A stretch of 64,000 nt of DNA from an uncultured Solirubrobacteraceae bacterium (GCA_964588985.1 CAZPQW010000002.1:128001-192000), one strand, 5' to 3'; shown: positions 30,794-40,938, numbered from the stretch's first letter. The notes: generated from the sequence alone by a model not told the origin. Program-made: numbers and translations.

Positions 30794-32875
30794 TTGAGCA
30801 GCTTTCTGACGAACCATGGGGTCGTCGTCGCCCTCGTTTGCGCCGCATGTGCGGTGGTATACGGCCTGTTGACAACTCGTTCCCTGCTGGCGCTTTCGCC
30901 GGGCAACGAGAAGATGCAGAGCATCTCCCTGGCCGTCCAACAGGGCGCCCGGGCCTACCTGAACCGCCAGTACGCGACGATCGCGGTCGTGGGCGTCGTC
31001 CTGTTCGTCGCCATCATCTTCATCCAGGACATCGCGGTTGCCGGCGGCTTCGCCATCGGCGGCCTGCTGTCCGGCGCCACGGGCTACATCGGCATGAACG
31101 TGTCGGTGCGCTCCAACGCTCGCGTCGCCGAGGCCGCCCGCGCCGGGGTCTCCCCGGCTCTGCAGGTCGCCTTCCGCGGCGGAGCCATCACCGGCATGCT
31201 CGTCGTCGGCCTGGCCCTGTTGGGCGTGGCCGGCTACTACGGCGCGCTGACCTCGATCTTCAACGACAGCCCCAAGACGGCCGTCGACGCGCTCATCGGG
31301 CTCGGCTTCGGCGGCTCGCTGATCTCCGTCTTCGCAAGGCTCGGCGGCGGGATCTTCACGAAGGCGGCGGATGTCGGAGCTGACCTCGTGGGCAAGGTCG
31401 AGGCGGGCATCCCCGAGGACGACCCGCGCAACCCGGCGACGATCGCCGACAACGTCGGCGACAACGTCGGCGACTGCGCCGGCATGGCCGCGGACCTGTT
31501 CGAGACCTACGCGGTGACCGCGGTGGCCGTGATCCTGCTCGGCGTGCTCACGTTCCGCCGCGAAGAAGCGACGCGCGTGGCTCTGTATCCGCTGGTGATC
31601 GGTGGCGCGGCGATCATCGCGTCGATCATCGGCACCTACGCGGTGCGCACCAAATCGGGCAACGTCGAGCGCGCCCTGCTGCAGGGCCTAGTTGTGTCCG
31701 GCGTGATCGCGGCAGCCGCGTTCGCTCCGATCACCTACTGGCTGATGCGCAACCTGAACTTCCAGGAAACCGGTGACGTGGTGCACGCGCCCAGCTGGTC
31801 GCACCTGTACTTCTGCTCGCTGATCGGCATCGCCGTCACGGCACTGCTATTCGGATTGACGGAATATTACACCTCGACCCGTTTCGCGCCGGTGAAGAAG
31901 ACGGCCAAAGCGTCGATCACCGGCCACGCGACGAACATCATCCAGGGCTTCTCCTCCGGTCTGCAGGCGACGGCGCTGCCGGCGATCGTGATCGTGCTCG
32001 GGATCCTCGGCTCGTGGAAGCTCGCCGGCGGTGGAGTGACCGGCATCTACGGCATCGGCGTCGCTGTGATGGGGCTGCTGTCGCTGACCGGCCTGATCGT
32101 CGCGCTCGACGCCTTCGGTCCGATCACAGACAACGCCGGAGGGATCGCCGAGATGGCGGACCTGCCGGAGGACGTGCGCAAGGTCACCGACCGGCTGGAC
32201 GCCGTCGGGAACACGACCAAGGCCGTGACGAAGGGTTACGCGATCGGCTCGGCGGTGCTCGCGGCGATCGTGCTGTTCGCCGGGTTCCAGAAAGAAATCG
32301 AGGCCAAGCTGGGCCACTCTCTCTCCTTCGGGATCAACGAACCGCCCGTCCTCATCGGCCTGCTGCTGGGTGGCCTGATGGTGTGCCTGTTCGCGTCGCT
32401 GTCGATCGAGGCGGTCGGTCGCGCCGGCGGCGCGGTCGTCGAGGAGGTGCGTCGCCAGTTCCGCGAGCACCCCGGGATCATGGACTACACCGAAGAGCCC
32501 GACTACGCGGCCTGCGTGGACATCGTGACGAAGACCGCGCAGCGCGAGATGATCCTGCCCTCGCTGCTGCCGATCGGGCTCACGCTGATCGTCGGCCTGA
32601 TCGACCAGCAGGCGCTCGGCGGACTGTTGATCGGCGTGATCGTGGTGGGCTTCTTCTTCGCGGTGATGATGACCGCGGGCGGTGGCGCGTGGGACAACGC
32701 GAAGAAGCTCATCGAGGATGGCTCCTTCGGCGGCAAGGGCTCCGACGCGCACGCGGCGTCGGTCACCGGCGACACGGTCGGGGACCCCTTCAAGGACACG
32801 GCGGGTCCCGCGATCAACCCGATGATCAAGGTCGCGAACATCGTCGCGATTCTGATCATCCCGCTCATCACCTGA
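30794..32875 (+). CDS. hppA: Membrane H+-translocating pyrophosphatase, K+-independent type
   Basis: [11 protein letters not shown] and DNVGDNVGD; GNTTKA has Lys at the K+-dependence position. GGAGG RBS precedes the TTG start. Confidence 0.96.
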   Translation: MSSFLTNHGVVVALVCAACAVVYGLLTTRSLLALSPGNEKMQSISLAVQQGARAYLNRQYATIAVVGVVLFVAIIFIQDIAVAGGFAIGGLLSGATGYIGMNVSVRSNARVAEAARAGVSPALQVAFRGGAITGMLVVGLALLGVAGYYGALTSIFNDSPKTAVDALIGLGFGGSLISVFARLGGGIFTKAADVGADLVGKVEAGIPEDDPRNPATIADNVGDNVGDCAGMAADLFETYAVTAVAVILLGVLTFRREEATRVALYPLVIGGAAIIASIIGTYAVRTKSGNVERALLQGLVVSGVIAAAAFAPITYWLMRNLNFQETGDVVHAPSWSHLYFCSLIGIAVTALLFGLTEYYTSTRFAPVKKTAKASITGHATNIIQGFSSGLQATALPAIVIVLGILGSWKLAGGGVTGIYGIGVAVMGLLSLTGLIVALDAFGPITDNAGGIAEMADLPEDVRKVTDRLDAVGNTTKAVTKGYAIGSAVLAAIVLFAGFQKEIEAKLGHSLSFGINEPPVLIGLLLGGLMVCLFASLSIEAVGRAGGAVVEEVRRQFREHPGIMDYTEEPDYAACVDIVTKTAQREMILPSLLPIGLTLIVGLIDQQALGGLLIGVIVVGFFFAVMMTAGGGAWDNAKKLIEDGSFGGKGSDAHAASVTGDTVGDPFKDTAGPAINPMIKVANIVAILIIPLIT

Positions 32876-32998
32876 GACCAGAAATGAATTGCGGAAGCGG
32901 TCACGCCCGCGGGGTTTCCCCCGCAAGGCGTCGGCCGCGCCGCGCTCCGGCCGCTCGCGAAGGATCTAAGCTCAACTCGGGATGAACGGCGGATAGGT

Positions 32999-33196
32999 AT
33001 GAACGGCGGACAGGTACATCGCACCGGCACGTTCGTGCTCTCGCTGGCGATGGTGGCGATCGGGCTGGCGTTGATCGTGCAGGTGATCGCCGGCAACGCG
33101 AGCGCGATCTCACCGCGGATGCTGCTCGGAGTGCTGTTCCTGGCGGCGGGAATCGGACGCGCGTACGTGGAGATCCGCCGAGGTCGCGGCGTATGA
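32999..33196 (+). CDS. Small two-TM hypothetical protein
   Basis: Two hydrophobic segments; stop overlaps the next start. Confidence 0.65.
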   Translation: MNGGQVHRTGTFVLSLAMVAIGLALIVQVIAGNASAISPRMLLGVLFLAAGIGRAYVEIRRGRGV

Positions 33197-35238
33197 GCGC
33201 GGAGGACGGCGGGGGAGACGGCGAGCTTCCCGCTTCGGGGGCCGAGCGAGTGGGCGCGGAGCTCGCGGAGCGCACGCGGATAATGGCAAAACGCAGTATC
33301 GGCTCGCCGATCCTGTTCACGATCGTCTACTCCTCGCTGGCGAGCGCGATCTACTTCTCACTCGGGGTGATCGCGGGCCATGCGCTTGGCCTCACGCCGG
33401 TCGTCTTCCTGATCGCGGCGCTGCTGTTCACGCTCACCGCGATGACATACGTGGAGGGCGCGTCGCTGCACCAGGACAGGGGCGGCGCGACGGTGTTCGC
33501 GCGCTACGCGTTCAACGAGCTCGTTAGCTTCGTCGCCGGCTGGGCGATCCTGCTCGACTACATCATCCTGATCGCCGTCACGGCGTACTCCGCGACGCAG
33601 TACCTGCGCACGTTCTGGAGCCCGCTCGGCGACCGCGACGAGGCGCTCGGGCTCGCACTCGCGTTCATCGCGCTCGTCGTGCTGAGCAACATCCGCGGGT
33701 TCGGCGGACGTCGCGCGCGCAGGGTGGGGATGCTCGTGGCGGGCGATCTCGCGCTGCAGGGCTTCATCGTGGTGCTCGGCCTGGTGCTGTTCTTCAACCC
33801 GCACACGCTCGTCAACCCGATCCACCTCGGCAGCGCGCCGAAGTGGTCGGATCTGATCTTCGCGCTGACGGTCGCGGTGATCTCCTTCACGAGCCTCGAG
33901 TCCGCGTCGGGGCTCGCGGGCGAGGTCAGGATCAGCCGCGGCGGCCTGAAGCGGATGGTCGCGAGCGGAACCGCGACGGTCGTGTTCCTGTACGTCGGGA
34001 TCGCGCTCGTGGCTATCACCGCTCTGCCTGTGCGTCACGGGAGCACCGAACTCGCGACCCGCTACCTGAACGCGCCGATGATCGGGATCGTCAAGCACGT
34101 CCACCCGCACTGGCTGAGCAAGTCACTCACGTATCTCGTGGCGGGCCTCGCCGCGGTCACGCTCGTGGCGGCCGCGAACTCGGCGATGCTCGGCCTCTCG
34201 CGGCTGGCCTACTCGCTCTCCACCAACCGCCAGATCCCCAGCGGACTCGGGCGGCTGCACCCGCAGCGCTCGACGCCGTACGTGCTGATCATCCTCGCGG
34301 GCCTCGCGGCCGCCGCGCTGGTGGTGCCCGAGGACCTCGACTTCCTCGTCGGGATCTACGCCTTCGGCGCGATGCTCGCGTTCACGATCGCCCACCTGTC
34401 GATCTGCCGCCTGCGCTACACCGAGGCCGACCGCGACCGCCCCTACCGGGTCCCCCTGTCGATCTCCTTCCGCGGCGGGCAGCTGCCGCTGCCGGCGGTG
34501 TTCGGCGCGTTCGTGTCCGCCGCCGGCTGGGTGGCGGTGATGGTCGTGCACGAACCGGCCCGCTACGTGGGTCTCGGCTGGATGGCGCTCGGCGTGACCC
34601 TCTACGTGGTCTACCGGCGCGCGGACGAAACCTCGCTGCTGAAGCGCGTGACGGTGCCGGCGCGCGTGCTGCGCGCCGAGCAGCAGCCCGAGCGCGACTA
34701 CGGCTCGGTGCTCGTGCCGCTGTTCGGCACCGACCTCGACGATGACATCGTGCAGACCGCCGCGCTGCTCGTCGCCGGCGAGCAGACCGACGAGGCGGCG
34801 ATCGACTCGGCGACGATCGAGGCGCTGTGGGTGTTCGTGATCCCGATGTCGCTGCCGCTGGACGCGAGCCTCCCCGACGCGCAGATCAAACACGCCCGCG
34901 GGGTGCTCGCGCGGGCGAAGGCGGTGGGGGAGGAGTACACCGGCGTGCACGTCGCGACCGCGACCGTGCGCACGCGCCGCGCGGGCTTCGCGATCGTCGA
35001 CGAGGCCAAGCGCCGCGGCGTGGAGGCGATCGTGCTCGGCGCCGAGGAACCGTCCCTGATCCGCGGCGGAGGGCGTCTCGGGGGGCGTGGCGGCCCGCTG
35101 GAAGGGTTCGTGGGGGACGTCACCAAGTACGTGATCCGCAAGGCGGCGTGTCGCGTGATCGTCACCGCGCCCGCCGCCCGCGACTCCCCGGTGGAGCAGG
35201 CCCGCCGGGCAAACCGGGCCGCGGCTCCCATGGGCTAA
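33193..35238 (+). CDS. APC-superfamily permease with C-terminal USP-like domain
   Basis: About 12 TM segments (GWAILLDY, SRLAYSL...QIP, H...TPY) and a C-terminal ...IVDEAKRRGVEAIVLG...VIRKAACRVIV. Confidence 0.88.
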   Translation: MSAEDGGGDGELPASGAERVGAELAERTRIMAKRSIGSPILFTIVYSSLASAIYFSLGVIAGHALGLTPVVFLIAALLFTLTAMTYVEGASLHQDRGGATVFARYAFNELVSFVAGWAILLDYIILIAVTAYSATQYLRTFWSPLGDRDEALGLALAFIALVVLSNIRGFGGRRARRVGMLVAGDLALQGFIVVLGLVLFFNPHTLVNPIHLGSAPKWSDLIFALTVAVISFTSLESASGLAGEVRISRGGLKRMVASGTATVVFLYVGIALVAITALPVRHGSTELATRYLNAPMIGIVKHVHPHWLSKSLTYLVAGLAAVTLVAAANSAMLGLSRLAYSLSTNRQIPSGLGRLHPQRSTPYVLIILAGLAAAALVVPEDLDFLVGIYAFGAMLAFTIAHLSICRLRYTEADRDRPYRVPLSISFRGGQLPLPAVFGAFVSAAGWVAVMVVHEPARYVGLGWMALGVTLYVVYRRADETSLLKRVTVPARVLRAEQQPERDYGSVLVPLFGTDLDDDIVQTAALLVAGEQTDEAAIDSATIEALWVFVIPMSLPLDASLPDAQIKHARGVLARAKAVGEEYTGVHVATATVRTRRAGFAIVDEAKRRGVEAIVLGAEEPSLIRGGGRLGGRGGPLEGFVGDVTKYVIRKAACRVIVTAPAARDSPVEQARRANRAAAPMG

Positions 35239-35267
35239 CCTCCGCGTATGCCCAACCTCCCCCTCGC

Positions 35268-35696
35268 ATGTTCGTCCTGATCGTCGGCGCCGGACGCGTC
35301 GGCTCGGCGGTTGCCAAGTCCGCGCTCGCATCCGGCCACGAAGTCTCCGTGCTCGACCAGGACCCGCTCTCGCACGAGCGCCTCGATGCGGGCCAGAGCC
35401 AGACGTGGGAGGACTCAGGCGGACAGTTCACCGTCGGCACCGCGCTCGAGACCGACGCCCTGATCCAGGCGGGTGTGGAGCGCGCGGACGTGTTCATCGC
35501 CTCCACCGCGGGCGACAACACCAACCTCGTGATCGCGCAGATCGCCCAGAAGCGATTCGGCGTGGAGAAGACGATCGTCCGTGTGATGGACCCCGCGCGC
35601 GCGGACTGGTATGGCGAGCAGGGCCTGCAGACGATCTCTCCGACCAAGCACGCGATCGACATGTTCAAGCGAGCGCTAGAGCCGGAAGCGGTCTAG
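35268..35696 (+). CDS. RCK-N (TrkA-N) only protein
   Basis: IVGAGRVG and STAGDNTNL; lacks the RCK-C domain. Confidence 0.88.
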   Translation: MFVLIVGAGRVGSAVAKSALASGHEVSVLDQDPLSHERLDAGQSQTWEDSGGQFTVGTALETDALIQAGVERADVFIASTAGDNTNLVIAQIAQKRFGVEKTIVRVMDPARADWYGEQGLQTISPTKHAIDMFKRALEPEAV

Positions 35697-36374
35697 ATGT
35701 ACGCGATCATCGCCGGCGCCGGCAAGGTCGGGCGCAACCTCGCACGCGAGCTGATCTCCAAGGACCACGAGGTCACGCTGATCGAGTCCTCGCGCCCCCG
35801 CTACCTCACCAGCGAGGAGGAATTCGAGCACGCCGTCCAGTACGGCGACGCGACCGAGCTGTGGGTCCTCGAGCGCGCCGGCATCCAGCGCGCGGACCTC
35901 GTGATCGCGGTCACGGGCGACGACGAGGACAACATCCTCGTGTGCCAGGTCGCGAAGGAGAAGTACCTCTGCGACCGCGTGATCGCGCGCGTCAACAACC
36001 CGCGAAACCACGACCACTTCAGGCTGCTCGGCATCCAGCCCGCGGTGTCCGCCACCGACCTGATCCTGCGCCTGATCGAGCACGAGGTGCCCCGCTACGG
36101 CCTCGTCCATTTGCTCGCTCTCGAAGAGGAGCGCCTGGAGATCATCGAGCTCGAGGTCGCCGCCGACGCGCCCACTGTCGGCGAGCTGGTCGCCGACATC
36201 GCGCTGCCGGAGGGCAGCCTGATCATCTCCGTGCTGCGCGGCGGCGCGGGGTTCGTGCCCAAGCACGACACCACGATCGAGGCGGGCGACGAGGTGCTGC
36301 TCGTGCTCGACCCGGGCCTCGAGGAGGCGATCACCGCCTTCTTCGCGCCCAACGGGCACGCCGCGCAGTTCTGA
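35697..36374 (+). CDS. trkA: TrkA-family RCK protein
   Basis: IAGAGKVG, VTGDDEDN and RCK-C domain. Confidence 0.88.
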   Translation: MYAIIAGAGKVGRNLARELISKDHEVTLIESSRPRYLTSEEEFEHAVQYGDATELWVLERAGIQRADLVIAVTGDDEDNILVCQVAKEKYLCDRVIARVNNPRNHDHFRLLGIQPAVSATDLILRLIEHEVPRYGLVHLLALEEERLEIIELEVAADAPTVGELVADIALPEGSLIISVLRGGAGFVPKHDTTIEAGDEVLLVLDPGLEEAITAFFAPNGHAAQF

Positions 36375-36408
36375 GCGGACGATTGGCTATCCTTCTCCGC
36401 TGACACTG

Positions 36409-36481
36409 TCCGGGATAGTCCAATTGGCAGTGACGCCCGGTTCTGGTCCGGGAGATTGGGGTTCGAGTCCCTGTCCCGGAG
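36409..36481 (+). tRNA. tRNA-Gln(CTG)
   Basis: Acceptor stem TCCGGGA/TCCCGGA, anticodon arm CCCGG-TTCTGGT-CCGGG and GGTTCGAGTCC T-arm; CCA not encoded. Confidence 0.95.
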
Positions 36482-36488
36482 TTGATGG

Positions 36489-36511
36489 CGCCCCGTATAT
36501 GCGGGGCGTTT
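36489..36511 (+). terminator. Terminator after tRNA-Gln
   Basis: CGCCCCG-TATATG-CGGGGCG-TTT. Confidence 0.7.
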
Positions 36512-36597
36512 CGCGTTTCAGGGGGTGCTCGGGCCAGGATTCGGGGCAGTAGTGCGATCGCACTCTGGGCAGGTGCCGGAGCGGATATCGTGAGCGC

Positions 36598-36912
36598 GTG
36601 CTCGATGACGCGGTGATAGCGGAGGCTGGGCGTCGGTTGTCAGAGGCGGCGCCGCCGCGCTCACGGGTGATCCTGTTTGGCTCCGCCGCACGTGGGGAGT
36701 TGACGCGTCACAGCGATCTGGATTTCCTGGTGATCGAGCCGGAGGTCGAGAACGCCGCTCTGGAGTCAGTGCGGCTGCGTAGGGCGCTGGGCGATCTGGT
36801 GCTGGCCGCGGACGTGATCGTCGCGAGTGAACACCGGGTGAAGGAGTGGCGAGACGTGCGCGGAAGCCTCATTCATGCGGCGCTGGCCGAGGGCAGGGAG
36901 CTGGCGGCTTAA
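36598..36912 (+). CDS. Minimal nucleotidyltransferase (MNT) antitoxin
   Basis: LFGSAARGELTRHSDLD (GSx10DxD). Confidence 0.9.
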   Translation: MLDDAVIAEAGRRLSEAAPPRSRVILFGSAARGELTRHSDLDFLVIEPEVENAALESVRLRRALGDLVLAADVIVASEHRVKEWRDVRGSLIHAALAEGRELAA

Positions 36913-37352
36913 TGGCCAGCAAGCAGGATCTCGCAGAGCAGCTTCTTCGTCGCGCCGAAACGGATGCGGCCGGGGCCAGGGCGATGCTGCCGATCGACGA
37001 AGTGGCGGATGTGCTCGTCTGCTTTCACGGCCAGCAGGCTGTCGAGAAGGCGCTCAAGGCCGTGCTTGCTGCCCGCGGCGTGGAGTTTCCCTTCATTCAT
37101 GACATCAGTGGCCTGGCCAAGCTGTGCAGGGAAGCTGGCGCACCGCTACCGGGAGAGATGGATGGTGCAGACCTGCTGACGCCGTACGCGGCTGGGCTGC
37201 GCTATGACGATGACACGGTGCACGCCATAGAGCGTGAGACGGCGTCAAGCTTGGCGAGCGCCGCCGTCAAGTGGGCGCGGAGCCTGGTCGAAAAGACTGA
37301 AAGTGGACAGCAATCCTCGACCGAACCTGAAGGCGTTGAGGGAGACTCCTGA
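36912..37352 (+). CDS. HEPN domain protein
   Basis: FHGQQAVEKALKAVL...P..HDI and YA...RY; coupled to the MNT gene. Confidence 0.9.
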   Translation: MASKQDLAEQLLRRAETDAAGARAMLPIDEVADVLVCFHGQQAVEKALKAVLAARGVEFPFIHDISGLAKLCREAGAPLPGEMDGADLLTPYAAGLRYDDDTVHAIERETASSLASAAVKWARSLVEKTESGQQSSTEPEGVEGDS

Positions 37353-37412
37353 CGCCCGCTTCTGGTTCGGGAGTGGTGCCAGTCCAACGCCGGCTTTGGA
37401 AGAACTGCGCGC

Positions 37413-37871
37413 ATGGGAAACGTAGTTGTGCGCTGCGCCTCAGAGGCGGACCTCGATGCCCTGCTGTCGCTTTACGCGGAGCTGGCGGGAAGCAAGATCA
37501 CGGCCGCACCGGCTGATCGCGCCAGCGCCGAGCCTCTGTTGGCGGAGATCTTCGCCGATCCGAGGCGCGAGCTGGCGGTCGCGATAGTGGAGGGGCAGGT
37601 CGTCGGAACAGCAGACCTCATAGTCATCTCCAACCTGACCCATCGCGGCGAGCCGTGGGCAATCGTCGAGAACGTCATCGTCGCCGATGGCGCTCGTCGC
37701 GCCGGGGTGGGGAGGGCGCTGTTCGAGCATCTGCTCGAGGTGGCCCGCACGGCGGGTTGCCACAAGCTCCAACTCCTCTCCGGTAAGCATCGTGCGGAGG
37801 CGCACGCCTTCTACAGAAGCATGGGCCTCGACGCCATCGCCGAGGGCTTCAAGATCTATTTCGACGAGTAG
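37413..37871 (+). CDS. GNAT acetyltransferase
   Basis: VENVIV...RRAGVG and AHAFY...G. Confidence 0.9.
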   Translation: MGNVVVRCASEADLDALLSLYAELAGSKITAAPADRASAEPLLAEIFADPRRELAVAIVEGQVVGTADLIVISNLTHRGEPWAIVENVIVADGARRAGVGRALFEHLLEVARTAGCHKLQLLSGKHRAEAHAFYRSMGLDAIAEGFKIYFDE

Positions 37872-38524
37872 CTCATTCGGCGGGTGTGTGCTGGGGCTCG
37901 CACATAGGCGCGCACGATCGCCGTGATCTCGCCAGCGATCGTTTCAGGGCTGGCTCCTGGCGGAGGGCGCAGGACGAGACGGTGCGTGAGGCCCTCGATC
38001 GTCGCGATCACGATACGCGCCGTCACCCGGGGATCTGCGGGACGGAAGCGCGGGTCGTCTGAGAGCGCGTCCGCCGTGATGTCGACGAGTCGGTCTTCCA
38101 GCTCGTCGAGTTCCGCGCGGAGCGCCGCTGGCAGCGGCGTCTCCTCGAAGAGCACGCGGTGAAGGCCCGGCGCGAGTGCGTGCATCGCAACCATCGCATT
38201 GACGACATCAGGGAGTACGTCGTCGAAGCGAGCACCACGGCCCAGCCGTTCGATGTGCGGGGCGAGGGCGGCGGTGCCTTGAGCGAGGTGTCGGTGCACG
38301 AGCGCGACGAGGATCGCGTCCTTGCTCGGGAAGTACTGGTAGAGCGAGCCGATCGACACGCCGGCTCGCTCGGCGATCCGGTTGGTGGTACCGGCCGCGT
38401 AGCCGTGACGCTCGAAAACCTGAGCAGCCGCCTCGAGGATCGCGTCCACGGTCGTCTGCGATCGCGCCTGCTTGGGGACCTTGCGCGGCTCGAGCCTCCG
38501 CCTGGAAATGCGAGTTGACGACAT
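37856..38524 (-). CDS. TetR/AcrR regulator
   Basis: TTNRIAERAGVSIGSLYQYFPSK. Confidence 0.94.
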   Translation of the reverse strand: MSSTRISRRRLEPRKVPKQARSQTTVDAILEAAAQVFERHGYAAGTTNRIAERAGVSIGSLYQYFPSKDAILVALVHRHLAQGTAALAPHIERLGRGARFDDVLPDVVNAMVAMHALAPGLHRVLFEETPLPAALRAELDELEDRLVDITADALSDDPRFRPADPRVTARIVIATIEGLTHRLVLRPPPGASPETIAGEITAIVRAYVRAPAHTRRMSYSSK

Positions 38525-38538
38525 GCGAGTAATTGCTC
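38508..38538. promoter_or_regulatory. Candidate TetR operator
   Basis: ATGCGAGT direct repeat (38508 and 38523) plus an imperfect GAGTAATTGCTC dyad between divergent genes. Confidence 0.45.
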
Positions 38539-38561
38539 AGGATATCGGCATGGATATCGCG

Positions 38562-39191
38562 ATGCCAACGCTTGGACTCGCGCTGCTTGCGCTCTACGGC
38601 CTGCTCGCCTTCGGTGTGCGGATGGCTGTTCAGATGCGCCGGACGGGCTCGACTGGCTTCAACGGCCTGCGCGGCGCGTCGGGGCTCGAGCGGGTCGGCG
38701 GGATGCTGTTCGCGTTCGCGGTCGTGCTCTGCGTGGCGGGCCCTGTGCTCGAGCTCGCGCATGCGGTCAGCCCGGTCGAAGCGCTCGCCGGAGATGGCGC
38801 GGACACCCTCGGGGTTGCGCTCGCCTGTTCGGGAATCGCGATCACCTCGGTCGCCCAGTTCGCGATGGGCGACGCGTGGCGCGTCGGTGTCGATCCCTCC
38901 GAGCGCACCGAGCTGGTCACGAACGGACCGTTCTCGCTCGTGCGCAACCCGATCTACGCGTCGATGATCCCCTCCTTCGCCGGCATAGCGCTGCTCGCCC
39001 CGAACGCCGTGACGATTGCAGGGGCCATCGGCCTGATGGTGGCTCTCGAGCTGCAGACGCGGCTCACAGAGGAGCCGTATCTCGCGAGGATCCACGGCGA
39101 GCCATATGCCGCGTATGCCAGCCAGGTCGGTCGTTTCCTCCCAGGGGTAGGTCGCCTGCAGCGCATTGGCGTCGCCCAGCCCGGCGCCTGA
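38562..39191 (+). CDS. Isoprenylcysteine carboxylmethyltransferase family membrane protein
   Basis: LVTNGPFSLVRNPIY and EE.YL...HGE.Y..Y...V.RF.P. Confidence 0.9.
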   Translation: MPTLGLALLALYGLLAFGVRMAVQMRRTGSTGFNGLRGASGLERVGGMLFAFAVVLCVAGPVLELAHAVSPVEALAGDGADTLGVALACSGIAITSVAQFAMGDAWRVGVDPSERTELVTNGPFSLVRNPIYASMIPSFAGIALLAPNAVTIAGAIGLMVALELQTRLTEEPYLARIHGEPYAAYASQVGRFLPGVGRLQRIGVAQPGA

Positions 39192-39268
39192 TCTTGAGAA
39201 CTGGCGGAGGACCGCTCGGCTGTGTGACGTAGCATCGACTCGGTGTCAGCGTCTGGCGGGAGCCGCTC

Positions 39269-39703
39269 ATGACAGAGGTGCAGGTGCTCGAGGTCTCGCT
39301 CGCAGAGACGCGCGCCCTCCGACAGGCCGTCCTGCGCCCGCACCAAACGGTCGACGAGATGGCCGCCGACGAGCCAGCAGGCTCGTTCGCGATCGGCGCC
39401 TTTGATGGGGAGGCACTGATCGCGGTCGGGCTCGTGGGGGCGGACGGCGAGCCGGGTGCGTGGCGGGTGCGTGGGATGGCCACAGCACCCCACGCGCGTG
39501 GGAAAGGAGCGGGCGCCGCCGTCCTAGACGCGCTCGTCACGCATGCAATCGCCAATGGCGCGACGCGCGTGTGGTGCAACGCGCGCACCCCCGCTAGGTC
39601 GCTCTACGAACGCGCGGGCCTCCGCGCCGTCTCCGAGGAGTTCGAGATCCCAGAGATCGGCCCGCACTTCGCGATGGAGTGGAAGATCGGCAGCGCTCGG
39701 TAG
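39269..39703 (+). CDS. GNAT acetyltransferase
   Basis: LRQAVLRP, RGMAT....RGKGAG and WCNAR. Confidence 0.9.
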   Translation: MTEVQVLEVSLAETRALRQAVLRPHQTVDEMAADEPAGSFAIGAFDGEALIAVGLVGADGEPGAWRVRGMATAPHARGKGAGAAVLDALVTHAIANGATRVWCNARTPARSLYERAGLRAVSEEFEIPEIGPHFAMEWKIGSAR

Positions 39704-39725
39704 CAGCGGTAGTACATTGCCCGCG

Positions 39726-40520
39726 ATGTTCGACCTCGACGCCTACCTCGACCGGCTCGGGCTCACAGGACGCCCAGATCTAGCAGAGCTCCACAGCGCG
39801 CACGTCGCGGCGATCCCGTTCGAGAACCTCGACCCGCACAACGGCGTGCCGGTGTCGCTGGAGATCGAGGACCTGCAGCGCAAGCTCGTCCGCGAACGCC
39901 GCGGCGGTTACTGCTTCGAGCAGAACCTGCTGCTGAAGGCCGCATTGGAGGCGCTCGGCGCCGAGGTCGACCTGATGCTCGCGCGCGTCAGACGAGGCGC
40001 TCCGCCCGGCACGATCCGCCCCCGCACTCACCTGGTGTTGCGGATCCGCTCGGAAGGCGCAACCTGGCACGCGGATGTCGGGTTCGGTCTCGGCACGCTG
40101 CTCGAGCCGATCCCGTTCGGTCCCGGTGATGTCCACGAGCAATCCGGCTGGCGATTTCGCGTGGTCGAGGACGGACAGGAGCTCGTGCTGCAGACCGCCG
40201 ACGATGCCGACTGGATCGACCTCTACGCCTTCATCCCGCAGCCCGTGCCGCTCGTGGACGCCGAAACGAGCAACTGGTTCACGTCGTCCAACCCGCGCTC
40301 CCCGTTCGTCACCGGGCTGATCGTCGCCACCCAGCAACGTGACGGCACACGCACCTCGATGAGCGACTGGAGCGAGCTCGCGATCACCGAGCAGACGCCC
40401 GCCGGCAGCACCGTCACGCCAGTGTCGCGCGAGGCGATCCCGCAGATCCTCGACGAGCGCTTCGGCCTGCCGGGCTTTGAGCTGAACGACGACGGGCGGG
40501 TCGTTCCCGCCCGCCGCTAG
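39726..40520 (+). CDS. nat: Arylamine N-acetyltransferase
   Basis: IPFENL, RRGGYCFEQN, H and DVGFG catalytic triad motifs. Confidence 0.93.
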   Translation: MFDLDAYLDRLGLTGRPDLAELHSAHVAAIPFENLDPHNGVPVSLEIEDLQRKLVRERRGGYCFEQNLLLKAALEALGAEVDLMLARVRRGAPPGTIRPRTHLVLRIRSEGATWHADVGFGLGTLLEPIPFGPGDVHEQSGWRFRVVEDGQELVLQTADDADWIDLYAFIPQPVPLVDAETSNWFTSSNPRSPFVTGLIVATQQRDGTRTSMSDWSELAITEQTPAGSTVTPVSREAIPQILDERFGLPGFELNDDGRVVPARR

Positions 40521-40545
40521 CCACTTCTCGCCGCGCCGACCCGAC

Positions 40546-40938
40546 CTACTCTCCGCTGGGCCAGGCAGCCTCGCCCATCTCGCCGTCGCCCTCCTCCGGC
40601 CTTGCGCTGCCCACCGCGACCAGCTCCAGCCCGTCCGGGCCAGCCTCGAACGCCCGGACGACCTCCGGTGCGACGCGCAGCACGTCCCACTGGCGCAGCT
40701 CGTGCACCTCGCCGTCGAGCAGCGCCCGACCGGAGCCCGCCACTACGACGTAGGCCTCCTCCTGCACGCCGTGCTTGTGGGCGATCGGGCTGCGTATGTT
40801 CGCGGCGTAGCGGAACAGGCTCACCCCGAGATCGCGCGAGTCGAGGTGTTTGCGCGCGAAGCGGCCATCGATGCCGGGAGCGCGACCGCCGGTGGCATCC
40901 TCGAGATCCAGCAGGTTCACGACGGCGAAGCTCGACAT
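40546..40938 (-). CDS. Cupin domain protein
   Basis: H.H..QEEAYVVVAGSG; AGGAGA RBS. Confidence 0.85.
   Translation of the reverse strand: MSSFAVVNLLDLEDATGGRAPGIDGRFARKHLDSRDLGVSLFRYAANIRSPIAHKHGVQEEAYVVVAGSGRALLDGEVHELRQWDVLRVAPEVVRAFEAGPDGLELVAVGSARPEEGDGEMGEAAWPSGE

Noticed and set aside
30794-32875. Calling hppA a Na+-translocating or K+-dependent PPase
   Set aside because: GNTTKA carries Lys at the diagnostic position, typical of K+-independent H+-PPases.
32906-32935. Hairpin after hppA as a riboswitch for the APC/RCK operon
   Set aside because: A single GC stem without recognisable c-di-AMP (ydaO) consensus; more likely a terminator or stability hairpin.
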